A DNA stretch of 63,558 nt, counting the filler, from Dicyema japonicum (lineage: Eukaryota; Animalia; Dicyemida), in NCBI GenBank assembly GCA_011109175.1. It is 7 parts of 7 records of this genome, joined end to end, with 100 filler letters (N's around TTAATTAATTAA, not from the genome) between each part and the next. Parts side by side here need not be neighbours in the genome. Positions count along the whole stretch, not along the records: positions 52,577 to 56,849 come from RDEW01000167.1; positions 56,950 to 58,055 come from RDEW01000252.1; positions 58,156 to 61,307 come from RDEW01000344.1; positions 61,408 to 63,558 come from RDEW01000285.1; 3 more parts are not named here. One strand, written 5' to 3'. The position numbers were made by a program, and so were the translations under genes. Positions within the stretch are counted from its first letter, which is position 1. Every line of letters starts with the position of its first letter. The notes beneath the pieces were generated by a model that saw only the letters and a list, made by a program, of their open reading frames with translations, searched no databases and was not told the DNA's origin. Below are positions 52,477-63,558 of the stretch, piece after piece.

Positions 52477-52789
52477 NNNNNNNNNNNNNNNNNNNNNNNN
52501 NNNNNNNNNNNNNNNNNNNNTTAATTAATTAANNNNNNNNNNNNNNNNNNNNNNNNNNNNNNNNNNNNNNNNNNNNCATTTTCATGGTGGGGGATATTGC
52601 TAAAAAGTTTGTTAAAAGGGACGACAAAAATAAAAAGTTTGGGAAACACTGATATATACGGACTTCGGATAGGACAGATTTCTGATGAGATGTCACGAGC
52701 TTTCTAGCGTCTAAAACGGCCACAGTATAATATTAAGAAAATTCAAGTCAAGAGATATTAATGGGCCTCCAATTTGGAATTAATTAAAA

Positions 52790-53210
52790 ATAATTAACTT
52801 TCTTGTTTTCTCTTGATCTAGATAAAAATAACTCTGTGGCTGGTATATGCGAAGCTTAGGCACCCACACCTGTCCGGGACAATGCCTATTTCTACGTGGT
52901 AGTGCTATTATACCTAGAGCAGGATGAGAAATCGCATCTGAGAAGCAGACGCCCGGTGGACAAAATATCGTTCTTGCCATCGCAGAAGGGACAGAGTGCA
53001 CGACCCGGGAGAACTGGGTTAAATCCGCTCTTTCCCAAATGTTGGGAAGAGCTCCCAGGAATGGGTGGCCTACCTTTCTTCGGTGCTTCAATCGACGCTC
53101 TAGCGCGAACTTGTTTCTGAATGCACCGAAGAAGCTGGCTAAGACCTTTCCTCCTGGCTCGCGGGGGAGGATTGGCGCTGCGGTACGCCGTCAGGGTGCC
53201 GTCCATGTTC
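52790..53210 (-). mobile_element. GC-richer fragment, probably a CRE-like retrotransposon N-terminal region
   Basis: Composition shift and an LLRCIQKQVRARAS-type segment; family call is tentative. Confidence 0.4.
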
Positions 53211-55108
53211 TGAACAACACGAGCATCAGAGTAGTGAATTATCGTTACTCTTGCAGGTTACGGAGATATTTAATTTTTTATTATTTATCTATATAGACAG
53301 GCGACAATTTCATGCCTTACATATGATTTCGAATCTGCTCTGCTTATTTATTATATAACAAAATTTCTATAGTTATCGATAGATTACCAATAATGACACG
53401 AATAATTTCATTTCCTGAAATTAAAAAAACAATCATAAATTAAATTTTTTTAACCTTTTCTGAAATTCTAAACATTTATTTAAAAGTGTTTGGTTGTCGA
53501 TTTCTAATTGACACATTTTCTTAAGAGAGTCGACCATATTCTGAACAGCTTCCTTTATATAGTTTATATTAAATTAAGATATACTTTATTGAATGAATTG
53601 TAATTAGAAGTTATAAAGTTTTTAAAATTATAAAAGTCAATCTTTTTATGAAGCTCGGAATTTTCAATTCGCGCCAACATGAGATCAATCTCAAGTTTTG
53701 AACAATTTTGACAGGATTCCAAATCCTTTAGAAATATTAAATTGTTTAATTAACATTATCAGAACTTTCTAGAAATCTTGGAAAATAGTTCCGGATGCGG
53801 AATGGAATAGAATTGATAACTAGATAACGATACATTATCAACCTGAATTTGATTCATTGGATTCAAGGTAAGATTTTATTTCTTTTTTATTCTCAATTAA
53901 AAGTTCGTAATCCTATAAAAACCTATGTCAAGTTTCAACCAAGACCTGGACAATGAATTTATTTTTAGTTATTTTAAAACAAGTAGAATTTTCCGTCGAT
54001 TCATTTGGTGGCAAAATGTTCTGGGGATAAATTAAAAAAGGTGAACATACAGTATTATCTGATTGATCGACCATTTGGCTAGAAATCAATGAGTTAACCA
54101 CGTGGTAAAAATAACTGTTTGTCAAATGTGATATCTGCGGGTGAATTAACCATATTTAAAGATTCTGTAATTTATTTAGCGTTTATTCTTGTGGTGGCAC
54201 GACGCGTTGAAATTGGTTTTGATTTTTTCTTAGTTCTAAGAAAAAATAAAAAATTGTTAAATAATTCATTTTCTTTGGAAAGGCTTGAGAACATACCGAT
54301 GAGTCATTTATTTCTGATTCATTTAAAGCTGATGATTGTGGTTTGAGGTTTTCAACAAATAAAATCTAATTTCATATTTTTTCACATTTCGTAAATCCGT
54401 CTTGAATAAATATTTTATCAGGCACATATCGTGTGCTATCGGAAACACATTCTTGTAGAATCTTGTCCTAATTGCAAAATTTTGAAAGGGACCGTCTAAT
54501 AAATAAATAAAATACAGCGATAAAGCATATCAGCTCGTCGTTCGCCATATCTATTTGTGTTTGTCCCTAATTAAAGTACAAAATCGTTTTTATATATAGA
54601 TAGATTGTAGTACAAATATATCAAAACAGCATGGCCTATTCTTATTCCAGCAACAGTCTGTTGTATGCTTTATAATCAAAAGAAAGATTGTAATTCGGAC
54701 ACAAAAAGATGACTTCACTGATTGTGTGTTACACTATGAAACATTGGTAAACTCTAAGTTGGTTGATTAAGTAAAAATCCTCCAATTAGCCCACTTCTGT
54801 TGCCTGAGCTAATAAATTCTGATTATAAAACCACAAAAAATGTACTTTTGCTCTCTAAAGTTGTGGTTATTGATACTACTGAAACGGGGTCGGCAAAAGC
54901 TGGCTCGCGAGCCTTTGGTGGCTCTTTAAATTTTAAGTAGGCTTTTACAATTTTGTTATTTTTATGCCTTTTTATTTGTTTTTATATATGATTTTTGTAA
55001 TTTGTAAAATTATTTAAAAATTTACATATTTAGTCGTAAATTTTTCTTATTTTTATTTTAAAAAAAAATGTATTTACTAATATGTCAATTCTATTTTAAA
55101 TTATCTAA

Positions 55109-56849
55109 TTAAGAATCCAGATCGTCAGTAATTTCTCTTCTTCGCTTGGAAGAAGAGTTTGCCATAAACTTGCTATCATTTTCTTTTTCAGCGTCAAAAA
55201 TTTTATTCAACTGAGTGTCCTCGCGACATGCCAGCTCCGCAAGTTGATTGGCGGCAGAGGCGTACTCCTCATTGTCTACCTTCATTCCGTGTCTGTGTTC
55301 AATGAGCATACTCTCTAGCGTCCTCTTCAGCACAACTGACTGGATGTATGTCCTCGTTCCTTCTTCAACGGATAACTTGTCCATATGACTTTAAAGAACT
55401 TTGAGACAACTCCATCCCATGTCAAGACAATTGGAATAATCTTTACTTTGGCTTCATAGAGGACCGACAGTTCGTTTGCAAGCAAGTCGTATTTGTGAAA
55501 TTTCTCCACTTCAACTTGCTTTAAACGGTCTTGCGAGGTAATGCCCACTTCGATTAAAGTAATTTCTTTTTTCCTCTTGTCATAAACGAAAATGTCAGGT
55601 TTATTGAATTGGACTTTCGTTTCAGTCATAATTGACGTGTCAACTCTGATTTCGACATTTTGGGTCGACATTATTGACACAACCGAATGTCCTTTCAATT
55701 TCCTGCTTCTTTTGATTCCATACATTCGACACAAGTGAAGATGGATACACTTTACCACTTCATTATGTCTTCGGAGATAATCACTGTTTAGCATCCTACC
55801 ACACCGCGTGGCTAGATGGTCAACAGTCTGCCTGCTTTTTTTGCAATGGACGCATAGTGATCCCGTGTATGCAAAAAACAAATTCCTATCTTGCAAAAGA
55901 CAGTACAATGCTTTTCGCTCCGTGGACCATTGTTCCCTTTCGATAACCATTGCGAAGAAGTAGATATGTCGACATCTGATTCCTCCATACATTTAAACAT
56001 AACCGAGTGTAGTGATTTACAGTTGATTCGGTTAAGCAAGAGTTTCCTCTGAGTGTCCTTGAGTGACTTAATGTCCAGATTTTCTCCGCCAACAACTGCA
56101 TATTTGGAGGCAAGAAATCCTGCGATTGTGGCTAAGTGCCATTTTTTTGTTTTTATTATTCGCAGAATATCCGACCTTCGCAGACAGATAGTCGACTGGT
56201 TTTCCAAACTTTTAACAAACTGGAAGAGTATTAATTCGCTTTTGAACGAAATTGAGGCAAGTCTTCTTCCAAACGTCTTACGGTCCAAATACAACCTCTC
56301 CTTATTTGCAGGCTGGAGGTGTAACTTGAGAGTCGTAAGCAATCGGCGTATTTGTTGGTCAATTTCGTCAAATTCGAAAGGTTCGATATTGATTAGCCCG
56401 ATATAATAATTATATAGGGATAATGCATATTCATTGATGCCACGAAACAAATTCACAGCATTCAGCTTTGTTTTTGACAACATTGTTATCCTCTTTTTGA
56501 CATTCTCCAGTATGGAGTCCATAACTTTACTCTTGAGAACATTACTTCCGCCGTCTTCAAGTACACCCAAGTACCGATATCCGTTGATTCCATCCACAGT
56601 CTCACAGCATGATAAAGATTCCAAATTAGATGCTGATTTTTCAGAATTCATCTCTAAGCCAACACTTTCAAAGAATCTATTAACAGCCTCCATCATTTTG
56701 ACTAGCACATCTTCTTTGAGAGCAACTATTTTCAGGTCGTCAATAAAGAAGAAATGATTCGTGGAGTATGTCAACATATTGGGATCTTCCCGGCTAATTT
56801 GGAGTTTTGGAAACATGGAGTTAAGCATCCTGCTTAAGGGATCCATTGC
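55109..56849 (-). mobile_element. R4/Dong-like retrotransposon 3' half with few frameshifts
   Basis: HFFFIDDLK, YRYLG, CVHC..HLATRC..RHNEVV, KPDIF..IEVG..EKFHKYD. Confidence 0.9.
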
Positions 56850-56949
56850 NNNNNNNNNNNNNNNNNNNNNNNNNNNNNNNNNNNNNNNNNNNNTTAATTA
56901 ATTAANNNNNNNNNNNNNNNNNNNNNNNNNNNNNNNNNNNNNNNNNNNN

Positions 56950-57700
56950 AGGATTCTCATCTATTCGCATGGACCGTCATAATGGAACGAACGGAGGAGG
57001 GGTTATCACATTCGTGAAATTATCTCCTTCAATAATAAAACCGAATCAACACGCTCCAGATTTCTATCAGATCCCCATTTGGAGGTTATCTCGATGCTGA
57101 TGACAATCAACAAGGTGGCGTACACAATCACCAACCTATATATTCCCTTTCCTCCAAGTTGTTCAAAAGGATAAAAACCTGACCTTTTTGGATCTCGTCC
57201 TTGAAGAATATAATCGTGTGCGGGGACTTTAATACCAGGAATCCTCTATGGTCTGCCGGTGAGAAACCGGATCGACAAGCGGAATATGTCTCGTCGGAGA
57301 TTGAAAGCCTCGTCGTCATAAATGACCCTCTGTAACAACTCCCCTGATATCTCTAGTTGTCCTGCTCAGACTTTCCATCTGATCACAGCTCGACATTGTT
57401 GAAGGTCAAAACATTCAATCAAAGTCGATTCGCTAAAAAAATCAACTAGAAATGTTCAAAATTGAACAGTGCTTTTCGGACTTTACAGTCAAAAATTTCC
57501 GCTCGGTTGATTCTGCAATTAAAGTCTTCAACAAATGCATACTCACAGCAGACAGAAAATACGTTCTCAGGGTATTCACCTCAGGGGTAAAACAACTCAT
57601 TGATTCTAGGAGAAAATTTCCCCGGGATCTCAGGTGAACATCAGAGACTTGTGGAAGCGTCCAGCACTATAAATTCGTTAAGCATCTTAGGTATTGAGAA
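56950..57700 (+). mobile_element. Decayed LINE APE fragment
   Basis: DRHNGTNGGGVITFV, ITNLYIP, CGDFN, SDH. Confidence 0.65.
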
Positions 57701-58155
57701 ACATTGTTTTCTCATGGACTATTCAAGGTGCTCAGGAGTAGGTTCGGCCTAAAGCATTAAAGCAAAAATTAATGAACTTAAATATAAAATAGTTATTAAA
57801 GTCATATCAATTTGTATGTATGATAGCTGCCTGTGTTCGAAGCGAACAATGTGCTCATTGCGTATCAGTTTTTACTTTAAAAAATAGTTTTCTAATGAGA
57901 AAAATATTCGGAATAAGAGCTCAGAATCTAAACATGAAAATTTGTCAACTTCCTCAATGCAGACGTACTTTATTAGACAATTGCAGACTATAAAAGTTAT
58001 CTTAGTAGTTATATTAATTTATGTTTGGCAACTGGTTGGGAGAGAAGGGAATTTCNNNNNNNNNNNNNNNNNNNNNNNNNNNNNNNNNNNNNNNNNNNNT
58101 TAATTAATTAANNNNNNNNNNNNNNNNNNNNNNNNNNNNNNNNNNNNNNNNNNNN

Positions 58156-61100
58156 GAACGACTACTCAGGGGTTCTGAAGGAGGATCTAATCCTAGACAG
58201 AGCTACGACTAGTAACAATTCCCTATAGAAAAGGAAACTGTACTATTTCTAATCTTAATGTTAAGTAGTATTGAGATTATTTCCTTTTCTTCTTATAAAG
58301 TATTTTAACTTTACCAGAGAGTGCACCTATCTTAGGAGGTGAGACTTATCTTAGTCTTTATCAAGATAGTTCTCATATAATTTATTAGTATCTATAAAGT
58401 TATTTAGAGTGGAACTATCTTGTGATATCATGCTCTATGATCACATCATGGTATAGTCTCTAGTGAGTATGGTCTAGGATTAGACTATTTAAGATAAGGC
58501 GACCACTCCACACGAGACTCTCTCCTGTAATGATTAGGCTGCGTCTAGTCGAAGTGGGATATAAAAGGGAGTGTGAGGTACACTCTTCCCTCCTGGCCCG
58601 AACACGATCTATAGAGGTCACATAGATTCTTTATACTACTTCAGATGTAACAATATTCTTATTGAAGAATCTATGACTAATAAAGAGTAAGTAACNATAG
58701 ACAAAGACGACCACCCCACACGAGACGTTCCTAGTGTGTAGGCTGCGTCAAGTCGAGTGTTGTGTATAAAGGGGAGTGTGAGGAACACTCTTCCCTCTCC
58801 TGGCCCGAACACGATAGGGAGAGAGCATAGATTCTTTATACTACTTTTAATGTAACAATATTCTTGTGGAAGAATCTATGGATATAAAGAGATAAGACCG
58901 CTCTCAATAGTTGATTCGTTCTCAAGATTTAAAAACCTAGACTCGGTCAAGGAATCAACTTATACTGTTAGTAAAGAGAAAGTAAAGCCAAAGAAACTTT
59001 CTAATCCACCATCAAACAAGTCCAGTTGACAATCGGCTACTCAGGGCTTCTAGGAGGTGGAGACTACTACGATAGAGTGACGACCAACTAAAGAAAAGTA
59101 ACAATCACAGCAATCTTTATCTGTAAGTGTCTATAAAAGGTGTTTCTTTTCTTCTTATGAAAGGTTTCTTCTACCTAAGGAGTATCTCAAAATTAAAGTT
59201 GAGGGTTTGTCTTGTTCTTAGTCAAGATAGTTCCTATATAAATTATTAACAACTATAAAGTTATTTAAGACCGAACTATCTTGTACACATCGTGTTCTAT
59301 ACACACATATACACGTCTATAGTGTGTATGATCTAGTGTAGGGATATATAGACAAAGACGATCAATCCCACACGAGACACTCTGCACGTGAGTAGGCTGC
59401 GTCAAGCGAGTGTGGTATATAGGGGGGAGTGTTCTTCACACTCTTCTCTCCTGGCCTTAGAACACGATCTATAGAGAGGGAAGCATAGATTCTTTATACT
59501 ACTTTAAGTATGACAAGATTCTTAAGGAAGAATCTATGTATATAAAGAAGAAGTTCTTTCTTATATAAGTTGATTCGTTCTCAAAACTTAAGAATGTTAG
59601 ATTAGATCTAGGAATCAACTACACACTCTTTTAGTAAAGAAAAGTAAAAATAAAAGATACTTTTCTGTTAATACAACAAACAACTCCCGACGACGATCGT
59701 CTACTCAGGAATAAGCTAAAGATTCCACAGAACCAACCATGTTGACCAAGTGTTCTACAATTTAGTCTAGATTCCTAGAGAAGTATGTCACTAGAAACTA
59801 AGGATCGTAAAGAATCTTCTCTAATCAGAATCAGAATGGTTGCTTTCTGCCAGTCCTATAGAGAGGTTTAAGGGGTCACTAGGAGTGAGGATAACTACGG
59901 CTAAGTTAAGTCTTATCTTGCTTAGTACAAGATAGTTCTAGTCTCTAATAATTTACTGACATATATAAAGTTATAATAAGCGAACTATCTTGACATAGTA
60001 TCGTGCTCTATACTCATGCGTACACATGTCTCTATGCTGAGTATGTATAATCTAGACAAGATAAGACGATCAATCCCACACGAGACACTCTGCACGTGAG
60101 TAGGCTGCGTCAAGCGAGTGTGGTATATAGGGGGGAGTGTTCTTCACACTCTTCTCTCCTGGCCTTAGAACACGATCTATAGAGAGGGAAGCATAGATTC
60201 TTTATACTACTTTAAGTATGACAAGATTCTTAAGGAAGAATCTATGTATATAAAGAAGAAGTTCTTTCTTATATAAGTTGATTCGTTCTCAAAACTTAAG
60301 AATGTTAGATTAGATCTAGGAATCAACTACACACTCTTTTAGTAAAGAAAAGTAAAAATAAAAGATACTTTTCTGTTAATACAACAAACAACTCCCGACG
60401 ACGATCGTCTACTCAGGAATAAGCTAAAGATTCCACAGAACCAACCATGTTGACCAAGTGTTCTACAATTTAGTCTAGATTCCTAGAGAAGTACGTCACT
60501 AGAAACTAAGGATCGTAAAGAATCTTCTCTAATCAGAATCAGAATGGTTGCTTTCTGCCAGTCCTATAGAGAGGTTTAAGGGGTCACTAGGAGTGAGGAT
60601 AACTACGGCTAAGTTAAGTCTTATCTTGCTTAGGACAAGATAGTTCTAGTCTCTAATAATTTATTGATATACATAAAGTTATAGTAAAGCGAACTATCTT
60701 GACATAGTATCGTGCTCTATACTCATGCGTACACATGTCTCTATGAGTATGATCTAACTTAAGATAATACGATCAGTCCACACGAGACTATCTGCACGTG
60801 AGTAGGCTGCGTCAAGTCGAGTGTGGTATATAGAGAGAGGAGTGTGAGGCACACTCTTCCTCTCCTGGCCCGAACACGATATAGGGTGAGAGGTAATCAT
60901 AGATTCTCTATATCATTTAGAATGTGACAATAATCTTAGGTGAGAATCTATGTGTATAAAGGAGATAGCCTTATAAGTTGATTCGTTCTCAAGGTGCAAG
61001 AATGCTAAATAAGATCTAGGAATCAACTACCCTCTTTTAATAAAGAAAAGTATAAGTAAAAGAATACTTTCCCCCCACCACATCAAACAATCATATCTTG

Positions 61101-61307
61101 ATGATCAGCTACTCAGGAACGAATGAGGAACTACACATAGGCTAACAGACTAGCTATATTCTATAATTTAGTCAAGATTCCTCAGAGAAGTGCGTCACTA
61201 AGAAACTGAGAAGTGTGTGAGACTTCTCTAATCAGAGTCAAGATGTCTGCCCTATAAAGGTTTAGAGGGGCTAGGGATAAGTATGACTACTACTAGGTTA
61301 GTATTAT
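58156..61307 (+). ncRNA. Tandem array of ~660-710 bp units encoding a putative large structured RNA of unknown family
   Basis: Anchor CTACTCAGG at 58162, 59037, 59701, 60409, 61109; anchor CCACACGAGAC at 58508, 58716, 59368, 60076, 60778. At least eight conserved stems with compensatory changes; no ORF of 60 aa or more. The repeat is certain; RNA function is inferred. Confidence 0.6.
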
Positions 61308-61407
61308 NNNNNNNNNNNNNNNNNNNNNNNNNNNNNNNNNNNNNNNNNNNNTTAATTAATTAANNNNNNNNNNNNNNNNNNNNNNNNNNNNNNNNNNNNN
61401 NNNNNNN

Positions 61408-62340
61408 TAATGGAAATTTACAAGCGATGTGAAAATATGATCTGGAAAAAAGAATGCTCCAAACTTTACCGACATAACCCTAATTTTTGGAAGTTATTCG
61501 CGAAAATGAAATCGGCTGCTAATCCTGATGTTGAAATTTTTCTTAAGTCAGAAGATAGTTCTACTGTTTTGAGAGTAGAAATTTAAAATATTCTACGTGA
61601 ACAATTGGCTAAGATCAAAGTAATTGATCCTACTTCGTTCATCCCACTGGAAACAGAGAGTGCTAGGAATATTTCTAAAAAAATGTCGAAGAGGAGTAGC
61701 GCACTGTGCCGACCTATCTCACTAAAAAAAAGAGAAGCTTCCATTAGGGGCTATAAAAATTAAGCACTTTGATGGGATCACATCCCAATGAGTATTCTTA
61801 AAAACGGAGACCCAATCTTAATATGCAGTGTGCTTGGACATAACCAAAGCCTTCGACAGTGTTTGGCACTTTGATCTACTGGACACTTTGTCAAAGGCGA
61901 ACATAGGAAAATCTGCTCTGCTATGGATAGAAAGCTTTCTTTCAAAAAGACAGTCCTTTATACGTGTTGGAAATTTAATGTCTGAGAAAATAGAATTAAA
62001 AAGGGGAGTTCCTCAAGGCTCCAATTTAAGCCCACTTCTTTTCAATGTTGTAATGAATGAGCTATCAAAAATAAAGAGTCAAAACGCCAAAATGATTATT
62101 TATACTGACGACATTATGATACTTGACTAGGTATGAATAAGCAAATATCGTGGAAGAGAGTAGAATCTCATATTGCAAAATAAAGAATGGTATCAAAATA
62201 ATGGCCTAAGTCTATCAAGGAAAACAACCACAATCAGCTGATTTCAAAAGGCAGAAAAAAGAAAAATCAGTCCGTAGATGCGGGCGACATAAAAGTTTCA
62301 GAGAAATTGAAGTATTTTAAAGCATCTATGGACCGAAGGA
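61408..62340 (+). mobile_element. Decayed LINE, same family as 22830-25260
   Basis: CLDITKAFDSVWH, GVPQGS, YTDD. Confidence 0.8.
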
Positions 62341-63303
62341 AACGTTTTGTCAAGGTTTAAATTCAGATCCAGACCATATCAATTTAGACTAGAGAAACAG
62401 ATACAGTCAAACCTCTAAATCTCGCCATTTTTTTGGGCAAAATCATTTTTTCTTCATAGGTAAGTTTCTGATCATGTTGTTAATTGATTCAAGTGAATCT
62501 ATATATCAAAATGAAAATTTTGATAAATAAAATTTCTTTAATTTATTCAGAATTTTCAATGCCTCTTCTGGATTAATTAATAACTGATTTCTTGGTTATC
62601 CTCTGGATAACTTAAAATAGGTTGATTTGACTTATCCATGAAAAATTCTCAACTTCATCCATCACAGTGCAACTATAATCAATAAATTCCGTTTGTTCTA
62701 TCGGATCCTGAATTTGAAGCTTCGTGATCATTTCATCGTAATTCTCAATCCTTAAATCCGTTTCTTGCGTTTGATTTTCACAAGTGATCCATTTGTCATG
62801 CTTAAAACAATTCTCAATTGTTTGTTGAGTAACATTTTTCCATCCAAAATACGTAAACAGAATGCCGTCTTTTAAATTCAGATTCTTATGTTATTTTCAG
62901 AAATTCTTAATTAATGATCCCTTTTTAGTCTAACGTACGCACAACGGCGAATAAAGATATTGTTTCACGTATTGGGCTGCTTTTTGGGACTAAGCATTCC
63001 TTGTGCTGCTTCATATTGATGTACAGGCACCATTTTTTGTCGCCAGTAACTATTTATTAAAAATTGTTCATTGTATCCATGAGTTAAGCCGTACGAGCAA
63101 GCAAACCAATGGAAATTGTGGTTTGCTGCGAAGGAGATCAGAATCGTTTTTTCATTATTTATTATTATTTAATTTTCTTAGAATAGAATTGTTTTTATTG
63201 CCTGAAAAACCAAAGCCCAATAAACATGGAAAAAATCATTAACGGGGAGATAAAAACAAGGCACCGGAAGTGTCTCTTTCCATGCTAACCCCAATTACAG
63301 TGA

Positions 63304-63558
63304 TCAAAAATAGCCTTCAGATTCCACTTTCACTGCTTCCTTCAGCTTTGTCTCATTAAAAACCAAAATTTGAGACTTCGCAGTGGCCAGGAAGAGCCTC
63401 AGCTCCGGTGCCCGTCTCGCAAGCGAGCGGGCATTCATGATCGCTAGTACGATCAATCCTTCCGCCTTCGGCGACTGACCTCCCGCAGCGCCGCCACCTT
63501 GGCTAGAGGGAACGCCAGCAATTATAGGCTTTCCAGCCATTTCGAGAGCTTGTTTCTC
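63304..63558 (-). mobile_element. LINE APE endonuclease start
   Basis: IMNARSL..ELRLFL..FNETKL. Confidence 0.6.

Noticed and set aside
58156-61307. Repeat as a hammerhead, hairpin or twister retrozyme, group I/II intron, H/ACA cluster, RNase P or rRNA
   Set aside because: No conserved CUGANGA/GAAA on either strand (the - strand has CUGAGUA). The hairpin-ribozyme-like GUGGUAUAU and group I-like ACGACUA/AUAGUC occur in only some copies. There is no domain V, and H and ACA boxes are not conserved.
58156-61307. CRISPR-like array
   Set aside because: Units are ~700 bp, the variable parts are homologous to each other, and no cas genes are present.

Overview
AT-rich eukaryotic scaffold built from contigs joined by N gaps; six 100-nt gaps carry an artificial TTAATTAATTAA six-frame-stop linker, so adjacency across them is unreliable. 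Host genes are sparse and compact: RPS2, a minimal G3BP-like NTF2+RRM gene, MBF1/EDF1, a partial ZNF830, a probable DNAAF5 start, an SH3 protein and tRNA-Thr(AGT). Two genes have 21-24 nt GT-AG introns, which points to a highly reduced metazoan such as a dicyemid or myxozoan (inference). Most of the window is decayed transposons: RTE-like, BovB-like, Jockey/L2/I-like, CRE and R4/Dong LINEs, a tRNA-derived SINE family, hAT elements and a pogo/Tigger element. One RTE-like LINE is near-intact. The standout is the ORF-free contig at 58156-61307, a head-to-tail array of diverged ~660-710 bp units. Nearly the whole unit folds into conserved stems with compensatory base changes, G-U pairs that favour the + strand, and candidate pseudoknots. 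It looks like a large structured RNA that I cannot assign to any known family. Coordinates of decayed elements are approximate.
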